Shown piece after piece: positions 18,524 through 27,314 of a stretch of DNA of 64,000 bases. The position numbers and the translations under genes were made by a program. Below the pieces are notes generated by a model, which saw nothing but the letters and a program-made list of their open reading frames with translations, was not told the origin of the DNA and did no database searches. Source of the DNA: an uncultured Gammaproteobacteria bacterium (lineage in GTDB: Bacteria > Patescibacteriota > Microgenomatia > UBA10105 > UBA927); assembly GCA_964449675.1 (NCBI GenBank), contig CAYVAR010000001.1, positions 44,877 to 108,876 on the forward strand, read 5' to 3'. Position 1 is the stretch's first letter; the number at the start of each line of letters is the position of its first letter.

Positions 18524-19432
18524 CTAAACTATGACATTTTGTGGATTACCTTGGATAAATTGTACAATATTTTTTGCGACCATTTGAGAAAGTGCAAATT
18601 CTGCTTCATCGGTGTTGAATCCTATATGTGGTGTAATGATAACGTTTGGGAAACTAAATAATGGACGGGTTATGTCCATAGGTTCATTCGTAAGAACATC
18701 AAGTCCAGCAGCAAATATTTTTCCTGATTTAAGATTATCTACAAGTGCTTCTTCATCGATAACTGCTCCTCTACCGGTATTTACTATGACGACAGCTTTT
18801 TTCATGCATGAGAATTCTTTTTTTCCTATCATACCGCGTGTTTTTTCTGTGAGAGGCGCCGTAATAGCGACAACATCACTTTCTTTAAGTAATCTCTCAA
18901 AATCTTCTCGTTTTGATGATGTATTTATGTAAAAAATGTTCATATCAAATCCTTCTTTCGCAATTTCTGCGACACGTCTACCAATATTACCGGATCCAAT
19001 CACTCCAAGCGTTTTGCCTTTTAATTCTTTGCCTTTATATGTACCTGGATTATATACACCCCTACGAAGTTCCGTGCTTGATTGGCAGATCAATCTACTT
19101 GCTGCAAGCATAAGTCCAATCGTATGCTGCGCAACAGCTTCTGTGGAAAATCCTGGACAGCTACAGACAATAATTCCTCGTTGTCGAGCTTGGCTTATAT
19201 CGATCTTTTCATAGCCCGTTGCGGATACACAAATCATACGTAATTTTTTTGCAGCGATGATAGTGTCTTTTGTCATTTCGAATGCAATGACAATATCTGC
19301 ATCCGTCACGCGGCGACACAACACGTCTCTCGATGGTTGATCAGTGTATAGAAATAATTTCCCATAATGTCGTAATTCTTTTTGGTGCTTAGGGTGGATG
19401 ACAATAAAATTATCAATACTTACAATTTTCAT
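18524..19432 (-). CDS. D-isomer-specific 2-hydroxyacid dehydrogenase (glycerate or phosphoglycerate dehydrogenase-like).
   Basis: Contains the NAD-binding motif GVIGSGNIGRRVA and the catalytic region GRGAVIDEEAL ... TPHIG. Confidence 0.8.
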   Translation of the reverse strand: MKIVSIDNFIVIHPKHQKELRHYGKLFLYTDQPSRDVLCRRVTDADIVIAFEMTKDTIIAAKKLRMICVSATGYEKIDISQARQRGIIVCSCPGFSTEAVAQHTIGLMLAASRLICQSSTELRRGVYNPGTYKGKELKGKTLGVIGSGNIGRRVAEIAKEGFDMNIFYINTSSKREDFERLLKESDVVAITAPLTEKTRGMIGKKEFSCMKKAVVIVNTGRGAVIDEEALVDNLKSGKIFAAGLDVLTNEPMDITRPLFSFPNVIITPHIGFNTDEAEFALSQMVAKNIVQFIQGNPQNVIV

Positions 19433-19965
19433 ACGTTTAACAAGGACAGCAGTTGAGGAATTTGTGTGATACCATCTTTATCAGTAAAGTGGCGGGCACC
19501 CTTAATCAGCATATATTTTCCACCCAATCGTTTACTCATTTCTTGTACTGTAAACGCAGTAACGTAGGGGTCGTTGTCAGATGATATACAATAGATTTCT
19601 TTGACGTTCCTTTTTATTGCAGCGTGATTGATTGGTTTTTCCCAAAATAGTCGATGTTCCTTCGTCAGATCGTTGAAATCCCAACCGGCAACGAGAAAGA
19701 GCTTATCAAAAGAATATTTTTCTGCAAGCCGCATACCGAGAAGACACCCAAGACTATGACCAATGACTATAGTTTGATGGTTAATTGTTAATAGTTGATT
19801 GATAAAGGATAGTTGTTTTGTCATATCCGGAAGATCAGTATGTATCGTGGGAAGGTCGGGGAGTAAAATTGTATATTTTTTCTTTTCTAACTCTTCTTTA
19901 AGCCATGGGTACCAATTGCTCTCCGGTTTTTGATACCAGCCTTGAAGAATAAGCGCCTGTTTCAT
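19429..19965 (-). CDS. Alpha/beta hydrolase of the RBBP9/YdeN family.
   Basis: Contains a GHSLGC nucleophile elbow, is 178 aa long, and shows the YdeN-like order of catalytic residues. Confidence 0.6.
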   Translation of the reverse strand: MKQALILQGWYQKPESNWYPWLKEELEKKKYTILLPDLPTIHTDLPDMTKQLSFINQLLTINHQTIVIGHSLGCLLGMRLAEKYSFDKLFLVAGWDFNDLTKEHRLFWEKPINHAAIKRNVKEIYCISSDNDPYVTAFTVQEMSKRLGGKYMLIKGARHFTDKDGITQIPQLLSLLNV

Positions 19966-20014
19966 ACTTTAGAGTATGTTCGATTATACCTGAACAAGAT
20001 CGAATAAGAAATTT

Positions 20015-20044
20015 ATGTTATCATGTTTTAAAACAAGATAACAT
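20015..20044. repeat. Copy 1 of a 30-bp AT-rich palindrome, ATGTTATCATGTTTTAAAACAAGATAACAT.
   Basis: Identical to the copy at 59837-59866 and near-identical to the one at 21704-21733. It lies about 20 bp downstream of the cutA stop on the minus strand. Confidence 0.5.
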
Positions 20045-20066
20045 GATTTATGTCAGGAGACTTCTG

Positions 20067-20393
20067 TTAACGAAGTTCTTGTAGAAGCCAGTCGTGATAC
20101 TTCTTAGAGACGTGGGAGATGGGGATCTCATAGAGGGCTGGATTGGAGTAGGAGTGAATCGTCATGATCTCTTTTTCAATAGCCTTATACTTTGATGCTA
20201 ATGCATGGCAAAGAAGGATCGTTTCGGAGGCTTTTTCAATGCGATTCTTCCCTGGTGGCCAGAAGTACATCGAGTGGACGCCATCAATAATATTGATACA
20301 CCCAACGAGGCGTTTTTTGAGGAGATGGCGTCCGATATCCTCAGCTTGTTCGCGAGACTGACAGGTGATGTAGGTGAGAATGAGTTGTTTCAT
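20067..20393 (-). CDS. cutA: Divalent-cation tolerance protein CutA.
   Basis: The 108-aa sequence aligns end to end with CutA1, e.g. LVGCINIIDGVHSMYFWPPG ... ILLCHA. Confidence 0.8.
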   Translation of the reverse strand: MKQLILTYITCQSREQAEDIGRHLLKKRLVGCINIIDGVHSMYFWPPGKNRIEKASETILLCHALASKYKAIEKEIMTIHSYSNPALYEIPISHVSKKYHDWLLQELR

Positions 20394-21340
20394 TATGCTA
20401 GCCCTCTCTTGGCTTTTTCTAGCCAGTTAATAGTTAGTTTTGATGTATCTCGAAGCTTAGTAACGTAATAATTAGTTCGGAGATATATTATCGCATATTG
20501 GGCATGGATTAAGGGAACAAGTGCATCGCGTTCATATGATACAAGCGGCAGCGTCAGTTGGTAATGATTGACAACCAGATCTATGCGCCGTTGTTTTTCT
20601 CCATGAGGAATGTCGAGCGTGTAGTTAGCAAGAAACGTCGCGACGTCGTATATCGCGGCGTTATAGTCCATACATCCCAAATCAAGAAGACAGAGATTAT
20701 CGTCGCGCTTGAGTATGTTTTCTGACTCTAATGTGCCATGGATAATACACCGCCGGAATCGATTATGCGGTAAAGATTGGTATTCTCTAACGACTTGTGA
20801 GACGCGCTGCTCATGAGAATCAGTAAGATAACGATGAAACTTCTTAAACTGTGAGAGAAGGTTAGCAATTCCCATCGTGTCGTAATAGCGCCCGATGCGA
20901 TGGGTATTTTTGTGAATGGTCGCCATGTAATCCGTAAGGCGCAGGAGGTCATCGTCTGTCGCTTTTTGGGGTCGGAGGTACTGACCATCAAAGTATTCCA
21001 TGACGCACAGATAGGATGTTTTTTTCTTGCCTGGTATAGAGAAAGCATATTCGTTACGATCTGTTTTCCGTAGCACAGGAAACGGAACTCCTTGCTTGCG
21101 AAACGAGAGATAGCCCCAGATGTTATCCTGAATCCTTTTTAGTGACTTTTCTTTTGAAAAAATTTTTATAACAAAGTCTCCCTGTGTTGTGGTAGTTTTT
21201 ATATTTAACTCTTGGTAACCATCCGACAAAAATTCGTAGGAACGCAGTGATCCGATGTTGCAAGCACGGCAAGCCTGGTTGAGAAGTTCATCCAGAGAGC
21301 AAGCGATATCGACGCGTTTCAATAGTGACGAATTATCCAT
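20393..21340 (-). CDS. Phosphotransferase-family protein (APH / choline-kinase / CotS-like fold), possibly catalytically altered.
   Basis: The Brenner-like region reads HGTLESENIL, with Thr where the catalytic Asp of the HGD motif normally sits, and is followed by a DLG motif. Confidence 0.5.
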   Translation of the reverse strand: MDNSSLLKRVDIACSLDELLNQACRACNIGSLRSYEFLSDGYQELNIKTTTTQGDFVIKIFSKEKSLKRIQDNIWGYLSFRKQGVPFPVLRKTDRNEYAFSIPGKKKTSYLCVMEYFDGQYLRPQKATDDDLLRLTDYMATIHKNTHRIGRYYDTMGIANLLSQFKKFHRYLTDSHEQRVSQVVREYQSLPHNRFRRCIIHGTLESENILKRDDNLCLLDLGCMDYNAAIYDVATFLANYTLDIPHGEKQRRIDLVVNHYQLTLPLVSYERDALVPLIHAQYAIIYLRTNYYVTKLRDTSKLTINWLEKAKRGLA

Positions 21341-21701
21341 ATGTTATGACGTGTTGCTTCGGATCAAATTTGGGCGTGGTGACCGTGAAGATCGTCACGT
21401 TGCCTTGCCATGCAAACTGTTCTCCTTTATCCAAAAATAGTAAGTCACCAACTTCGAGAGCGTGTTTGGATTTTGTGGTAATAACATATCCACTTCCGGA
21501 GATGACAAAAGCAAGTTCCTTTGAAACCTCATTGACTGCAAATCCGTATTCGGGATAGCGGCCGTTGACTTCTATAGCTGCACCGCTTAAGGACGGTTCA
21601 TCAATAGAATATTCGTGGATCGTCGTTCCAGCAGAGGGAATAATCTTATTTGTTTCTGATTTTTTGACGATCCGCATACCTAAAAAAAATAATTTCGGCA
21701 A
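21333..21701 (-). CDS. Cupin-domain protein.
   Basis: The length (~115 aa) and beta-rich pattern are cupin-like. The start is probably the internal MRIVKK (21677). Confidence 0.55.
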   Translation of the reverse strand: MPKLFFLGMRIVKKSETNKIIPSAGTTIHEYSIDEPSLSGAAIEVNGRYPEYGFAVNEVSKELAFVISGSGYVITTKSKHALEVGDLLFLDKGEQFAWQGNVTIFTVTTPKFDPKQHVITYG

Positions 21702-21703
21702 TC

Positions 21704-21733
21704 ATGTTACTATGTTTTAAAACATGATAACAT
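21704..21733. repeat. Copy 2 of the 30-bp palindrome, ATGTTACTATGTTTTAAAACATGATAACAT.
   Basis: It lies about 10 bp downstream of the stop of the 21746..22060 gene on the minus strand, directly abutting the cupin gene start. Confidence 0.5.
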
Positions 21734-21745
21734 GGATACGAGCAT

Positions 21746-22060
21746 TTACTTTTTCAGTTCCCCGGTTTTTGCTGCGGCTTCGAAGAAACGTTTGAAGTAG
21801 ATATTTTGTTCTCCAGGGGTGAATAAGGATAAAACTTCAAACGTTAGGGTCGTCCTTTTTTCCTTAATCACGGCCTCGTGAACCACGCAGTACCCGAAAA
21901 AAGTCCCATCAAATCCTTCCAGAAGCATGGCGATATGTAGTGGGAACATGCGTTCGTTTTCTTTCACTACTGTATATGTATTTCCTACCGTAAGGGTTGA
22001 AGTATCGAGAGAATCCTTGGGTAGCCTAAGAAGTGTATTAAGTTCTGTAAAGTATCCCAT
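21746..22060 (-). CDS. Hypothetical protein of 104 aa.
   Basis: Listed ORF with no recognisable motif. Confidence 0.4.
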   Translation of the reverse strand: MGYFTELNTLLRLPKDSLDTSTLTVGNTYTVVKENERMFPLHIAMLLEGFDGTFFGYCVVHEAVIKEKRTTLTFEVLSLFTPGEQNIYFKRFFEAAAKTGELKK

Positions 22061-22130
22061 GAGAAAATTATATCACTTCAACAAAACTAGATTGTGTTGG
22101 TACATAGAGTACGATGATATAATTAGTATC

Positions 22131-23990
22131 ATGAAATCTGCGGAAGTAAGGAAGAAGTTTATTGAGTTTTACAAAGCGAGGGGGCACGTGGAGGTGCCGT
22201 CGGCGAGCTTGGTGCCGGAGAATGATCCAACCACATTGTTTACCTCCTCCGGCATGCAGCCGCTTGTGCCGTATCTTCTTGGTCAGACTCACCCATTGGG
22301 CAATCGACTCGTCAACAGCCAAAAAGCATTTCGGGCGCAGGATATCGAGGAAGTGGGAAATAATCGCCACACGACATTTTTTGAAATGTTAGGAAACTGG
22401 TCGCTCGGTGATTATTTTAAGAAAGAACAGTTGCCGTGGATCTGGGAATTTTTGACAAAAGAATTGGGTTTACCCAAAGAAAGACTTTATGTATCTGTTT
22501 TTGAGGGAGACAAAAACGTGCCCAGAGACGAGGAATCAGCGGAGATTTGGAAAAAGTTAGGAGTTCCCGAAGAAAAAATTTTTTCTTACGACATTACTAA
22601 AAACTGGTGGTCTCGAGCAGGAGAGCCCAGCAGGATGCCTCCGGGTGAACCAGGCGGACCGGATAGTGAAGTGTTTTACGAATTTACCCAAGTTGAACAT
22701 GATCCAAAATTCGGCAAACACTGTCATCCAAACTGCGACTGCGGGAGATTTATGGAAATTGCAAATTCAGTATTTATGCAATATCGCAAAAACAAAGACG
22801 GAAGTCTTGAGGAGTTGCCTAATAAAAACGTTGATTTCGGCGGGGGACTCGAGCGGTTGGTGGCGGTGACGGAAAATACACCGGATGTGTTTGACACGGA
22901 TTTGTTTTTGCCGATCATTCAAAAAATAGAGGAGGTGACTCACCAGAGTTATTCCGAAGACAAAAATAAAACTGCCATACGCGCTATTGCCGACCACGTC
23001 AAGGCAGCCACCTTTCTCATTGTTGATGGAGTAATGCCCTCAAATAAAGAACGAGGATATATTGTGCGAAGGCTTTTACGAAGTGCATCCGTGAAGTTCG
23101 CTTTCTTGCGGGATAATCCGGGAGAGTATCTCCCCCCCGAATTAACAACGACAGTTTTAACGATGTATGACGGTGTTCACACCATCGACGAAAAAAAACA
23201 AGGAGGAGATGTTTACAGAGTAGTAGAGGAAGAGATTCGCAAATTTCAAAAAACTCTTCATCTTGGTCTTAAAGTATTGCAAAAAACAACGTTCGTTGAC
23301 GGAAGGAAAGCGTTTGATCTCTATCAAACGTACGGATTTCCGCTTGAGGTAACCATTGAAATTCTTAAAGGAAAAGGTAAAACCGTAGAAGATGTTCAAG
23401 GTTTTCATGAGGAATTTAAAAAGCACCAGGAACTTTCCCGCACGGCAGCAAAGGGCATGTTTAAAGGGGGTCTTGCGGATCATAGTGAGGAAGTGACTAA
23501 ACTTCATACTGCTACTCACCTCCTCCATCAAGCACTTCGCGTAGTATTAGGGCCGCACGTTTCCCAAAAAGGTAGCAACATCACCGCCGAGCGATTACGA
23601 TTTGATTTTTCTCATCCGAACAAGCTTACCGACGAACAGCTCAAACGCGTATCTGATTTAGTCAACGAAAAAATTAAAGAAGATTTACCTGTTTCCTACG
23701 AGATTATTGAAAAAGAAACAGCGCTTAGTAGCGGTGCACTTGCGTTTTTTGGTGAGCGATATGGGGAAAAAGTGAAAGTGTATACCATTGGGGGGACTAC
23801 GGCTGAGCCTTCAAAGATCAAGGCTCAGCCTTCTACAAAGCAGCTTGCCAAAGAGAAACAAACGCCATTTAGTCTAGAAATCTGCGGAGGGCCGCATGTT
23901 GCTCAAACAGGCGCACTTGGTCATTTCACTATCGACCGTGAAGAATCGCTTGGATATGGTATTCGGCGAATATATGCAACGCTCACTTAG
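22131..23990 (+). CDS. alaS: Alanyl-tRNA synthetase comprising catalytic, tRNA-binding and editing domains but lacking the C-terminal C-Ala domain.
   Basis: The N-terminus FTSSGMQP ... RHTTFFEMLGNWSLGDYFK, the editing-domain motif HTATHLLHQAL and the C-terminal ICGGPHV are all present. The start is at MKSAEVRKK. Confidence 0.9.
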   Translation: MKSAEVRKKFIEFYKARGHVEVPSASLVPENDPTTLFTSSGMQPLVPYLLGQTHPLGNRLVNSQKAFRAQDIEEVGNNRHTTFFEMLGNWSLGDYFKKEQLPWIWEFLTKELGLPKERLYVSVFEGDKNVPRDEESAEIWKKLGVPEEKIFSYDITKNWWSRAGEPSRMPPGEPGGPDSEVFYEFTQVEHDPKFGKHCHPNCDCGRFMEIANSVFMQYRKNKDGSLEELPNKNVDFGGGLERLVAVTENTPDVFDTDLFLPIIQKIEEVTHQSYSEDKNKTAIRAIADHVKAATFLIVDGVMPSNKERGYIVRRLLRSASVKFAFLRDNPGEYLPPELTTTVLTMYDGVHTIDEKKQGGDVYRVVEEEIRKFQKTLHLGLKVLQKTTFVDGRKAFDLYQTYGFPLEVTIEILKGKGKTVEDVQGFHEEFKKHQELSRTAAKGMFKGGLADHSEEVTKLHTATHLLHQALRVVLGPHVSQKGSNITAERLRFDFSHPNKLTDEQLKRVSDLVNEKIKEDLPVSYEIIEKETALSSGALAFFGERYGEKVKVYTIGGTTAEPSKIKAQPSTKQLAKEKQTPFSLEICGGPHVAQTGALGHFTIDREESLGYGIRRIYATLT

Positions 23991-24053
23991 CTTGCTTCCT
24001 CACTCCTTTCTTAGTAGTATGATCGTAGGCCCAAAAGATGCGCCACGTATGTC

Positions 24054-26420
24054 ATGAAACTGCCGGGTGCGATAGCTTCCATTTTTTCCAAAAAACCTGA
24101 ACCAAAAGAGGTGATCCTGTCTCTTCTTCTAGATACCGATGCGGTGTCGGGAGCAATTTGGACGCGCGTAAAAAAAGGGGAAGTATCTGGAAAAAAAACA
24201 ACGCCGTCACTTATAAAAACTGTTAACCGTGATGTATCGCAAGATTTGTGGGAAGAACGATTAAAAGCAGCAGATAGCGCGGTATCGGAGCTAGATGAAG
24301 CAGTTGGAGCGACAAAAATCAACGATGTGGTTTTGGGAGTTCCGGCAGTATATTTAACCCCAGATGGTGATATAGAAAAATCAATACAAAAAGAGATTCG
24401 TCATATAACCTCAACTCTCGATTTAACTCCTATCGGATTTGTGGGTGTGCATCAGGCGATCGCCCATACGCTCAAACGCGATGAGGGAGTACCACCAACT
24501 GTAATTTTGCTTAGTGTTACGAGCGATGCTCTCACCGTAACTTTGTATAAAGTAGGAGTGCTTATCGGACAAAAGATGACAAAAAACGAAGGAGAAGTAG
24601 CGCAAAAACTTGAGCATATCCTCAAAAGCTTTAAAGAACTTGAAATTCTTCCATCACGTATACTTTTGTATGGAAATAATAGGCAAGCTCTTGAGGATAC
24701 ACAAGCAAAACTTCTTCGGTACCCATGGCAGACCAAAGCAAATTTTTTGCACTTTCCAAAAATCGAACTATTACCAACGGATTTTGCTGTGGTTGCTGTA
24801 TCAGTCGCAGGAGCGACAGAGTTATCCCAACAAATGGGTGAAGATATAGAAGAAACATATCCATCTGAAGCCCAAGACACACTTCAAAAACACGAGAACA
24901 TCAATGCAGTACCTTTGAAAGAAGAAACTCCATTGCCAGATGAGGAAGAGAGGAAGATGGGAAGAGAGGAAGATGGGAAGAGAGGAAGATGGGAAGAGAG
25001 AGACAAAGAAAACGAGGAAAATATTGAATCAGAAGACAAGAATGCCCTTGATATTGAAGAGTCAAATGTTACTTTGGTGACGCCTGAAGAGCTGGGATTT
25101 GCGCATGGAGATGGGCTCCATGCTGATGACTATAAGGATAATGCCCAACCACTACCGAAACAATCATCTACTGAAAATAATGGTCCGGAAGACAAAGCTC
25201 ATGAAATGATCACTACAGAAAAGACACCAGCTGTATCATTCTCTCATCTTCCGAAATTTTTTTTCCATCTCCCTATATTACCGAGATCCGCAGTGTTCGC
25301 ACTTTTTGGTTTTATCATCGTGGGTTTTGGAATATTTGGACTTACTGCGTGGTTTATCCCAAAAGTAGCTGTGACGGTTTTTGTCATCCCGCAGCAAGTT
25401 GAGGAGTCAGCCGTCGTGACAATTGAACCAACGGCGACTGTTGTTGACCCACAAAATAAAATTATTCCGGGAAAGAAACAAGAAAAAATAGTAAGCGGCG
25501 AAAAAATAATTCAGGTAACAGGCAAAAAGAAAGTTGGTGAACCTGCAAAAGGAATTGTCACGATATTTAATAAAGCAACAACAAACAAATCGTTCAAAAA
25601 AGGAAGTATCATCGTATCAAATAGTTTGTCATTTACTCTCGATGATGATGTACAAGTGGCCTCGGCAAGTGAAAATTTAATAAGCGGCACAGTGACCTTT
25701 GGGAAAGGAACAGTCGGCATCACCGCATCAGAGATTGGAGGCCAAAGCAATCTTGCATTGGGGAGTGAATTTACTTTTAAAGATATCGCCTCAAGTGTAG
25801 CAATCGCTCGAAACGAAAAAGCACTATCTGGTGGAACAAGTCGCGACGTGACAGTCGTATCGCGTAGTGATTATGATACTCTGACGAAGTCGCTTACTCA
25901 AGATCTCGTAGAGAATGCCAAAAAGGAGCTTGCGACAAGTGTTGAAGGAAGTGAAAAACTTATCGATGAGACAATAAAAACGTCAGTTTCGGAAAAATCT
26001 TTTACCGAAGAACTAGATCAAGAAGCGAGTGAACTTCATGGGAAACTCACCCTCGTTATGTCTGGTATTTCATATAGTGAGCATGACATCGCGTCACTTT
26101 TGTCGTCAGTTGTAGCAGATAAAGTACCACAAGGATATACGGTAGATACGACAAGTGTTACGACATCGATTGAAAATGCACTCATAAAAAAAGATGGCAC
26201 GATAACAGTGTCGACGAGTCTGAAAGGGAGCGCACTTCCTTCTTTAGATATAGAGGAAATAAAAAAGAATATTACCGGAAAAAAACTTGATACATCGCAA
26301 GATTACCTCAAGCGCCTTCCGGGTGTCGGGGGAGCTGAGTTTCGATTCAGATTTTCTCTCTCTAAAGATAAACTTCCTGCCAATAGCCACAATGTTTCGA
26401 TATCGATAGCAATACAGTAA
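24054..26420 (+). CDS. Large hypothetical membrane protein: an N-terminal cytoplasmic domain, an acidic repeat linker, one transmembrane segment and a beta-rich extracytoplasmic C-terminal domain.
   Basis: 788 aa. A single transmembrane segment lies near residue 420 (FALFGFIIVGFGIFGLTAWFI). The linker contains the EEDGKRG tandem repeat. There is no LPXTG motif. Confidence 0.5.
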   Translation: MKLPGAIASIFSKKPEPKEVILSLLLDTDAVSGAIWTRVKKGEVSGKKTTPSLIKTVNRDVSQDLWEERLKAADSAVSELDEAVGATKINDVVLGVPAVYLTPDGDIEKSIQKEIRHITSTLDLTPIGFVGVHQAIAHTLKRDEGVPPTVILLSVTSDALTVTLYKVGVLIGQKMTKNEGEVAQKLEHILKSFKELEILPSRILLYGNNRQALEDTQAKLLRYPWQTKANFLHFPKIELLPTDFAVVAVSVAGATELSQQMGEDIEETYPSEAQDTLQKHENINAVPLKEETPLPDEEERKMGREEDGKRGRWEERDKENEENIESEDKNALDIEESNVTLVTPEELGFAHGDGLHADDYKDNAQPLPKQSSTENNGPEDKAHEMITTEKTPAVSFSHLPKFFFHLPILPRSAVFALFGFIIVGFGIFGLTAWFIPKVAVTVFVIPQQVEESAVVTIEPTATVVDPQNKIIPGKKQEKIVSGEKIIQVTGKKKVGEPAKGIVTIFNKATTNKSFKKGSIIVSNSLSFTLDDDVQVASASENLISGTVTFGKGTVGITASEIGGQSNLALGSEFTFKDIASSVAIARNEKALSGGTSRDVTVVSRSDYDTLTKSLTQDLVENAKKELATSVEGSEKLIDETIKTSVSEKSFTEELDQEASELHGKLTLVMSGISYSEHDIASLLSSVVADKVPQGYTVDTTSVTTSIENALIKKDGTITVSTSLKGSALPSLDIEEIKKNITGKKLDTSQDYLKRLPGVGGAEFRFRFSLSKDKLPANSHNVSISIAIQ
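24951..24998 (+). repeat. Perfect tandem repeat, 3 x 16 bp (AGGAAGATGGGAAGAG), inside a coding sequence.
   Basis: Directly visible in the sequence. It encodes the EERKMGREEDGKRGRWEE low-complexity stretch. Confidence 0.6.
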
Positions 26421-26576
26421 TACCAATAGGAGATATTCTTGTAATGAATTATCATGTATGAATTTTTATAGACCTACAAATACTTGAGTTTTTTCCCATA
26501 TAGAGAAAATGGATACAGTGCTATGCTTCTTTATCGATATATAAAATCATCAACTGATAAAAAAAAACGCATACGG

Positions 26577-27275
26577 ATGCCATTTGTATTTTCGATCGTT
26601 CTCATCACAATAGGCTTGAGCATCCTCATGTGGGTGGGATGGCCGATTTTATCTTTCACACTTTTTAATCAATATCTATACGCATCAACTATTTCACCGC
26701 TTGCCAGTGAGATTGATACTGCTATTGGAGGACTCATTTCTCCAGTTGTCTTGGCATCTTCGGGCATCGTTTCTAATAGTAGCAATGCACAACTTACGCT
26801 GCAGAATGCAAATCTCTGGTTTCCGACGCTTCCGCAAAAGAAAGTGGTGACTCCGGTAAATAGCTACAAACTTTCGATACCGAAGCTTAAAATTCTTGAT
26901 GCAGCTGTTCTCATCGCTGGCGATGATCTTATGAAAAGCTTGATCCATTACGGTGGTACTGGATTACCAGGTGAATATGGAAATGCTATTGTCTTTGGCC
27001 ACTCGACACTTCCACAGTTTTTTAATCCAAAGGACTATAAAACGATTTTTTCAACAATTCCCACACTTAAGGAAGGCGATGATATTTTTGTCGTTTACGA
27101 CGGGGTGACGTATCGGTATCAAGTCATTTCTTTGACTGTTTTGCAGCCAACTGATCTATCGGGACTTGAACAACGGTTTGATGATTCGTATCTCACCTTG
27201 GTCACGTGTGTTCCCCCCGGGACCTATTGGCAACGACTCTATGTAAAGAGTCGATTAATACGTCCGCAGACGTAG
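26577..27275 (+). CDS. Sortase-family transpeptidase.
   Basis: An N-terminal transmembrane anchor is followed by a His motif (IVFGHS), the catalytic TLVTC motif and a downstream Arg. The ATG for MPFVFSIV is at 26577. Confidence 0.65.
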   Translation: MPFVFSIVLITIGLSILMWVGWPILSFTLFNQYLYASTISPLASEIDTAIGGLISPVVLASSGIVSNSSNAQLTLQNANLWFPTLPQKKVVTPVNSYKLSIPKLKILDAAVLIAGDDLMKSLIHYGGTGLPGEYGNAIVFGHSTLPQFFNPKDYKTIFSTIPTLKEGDDIFVVYDGVTYRYQVISLTVLQPTDLSGLEQRFDDSYLTLVTCVPPGTYWQRLYVKSRLIRPQT

Positions 27276-27314
27276 ACAGAAATATAACACATACAATGAC
27301 TTTTTTTGCCTACT

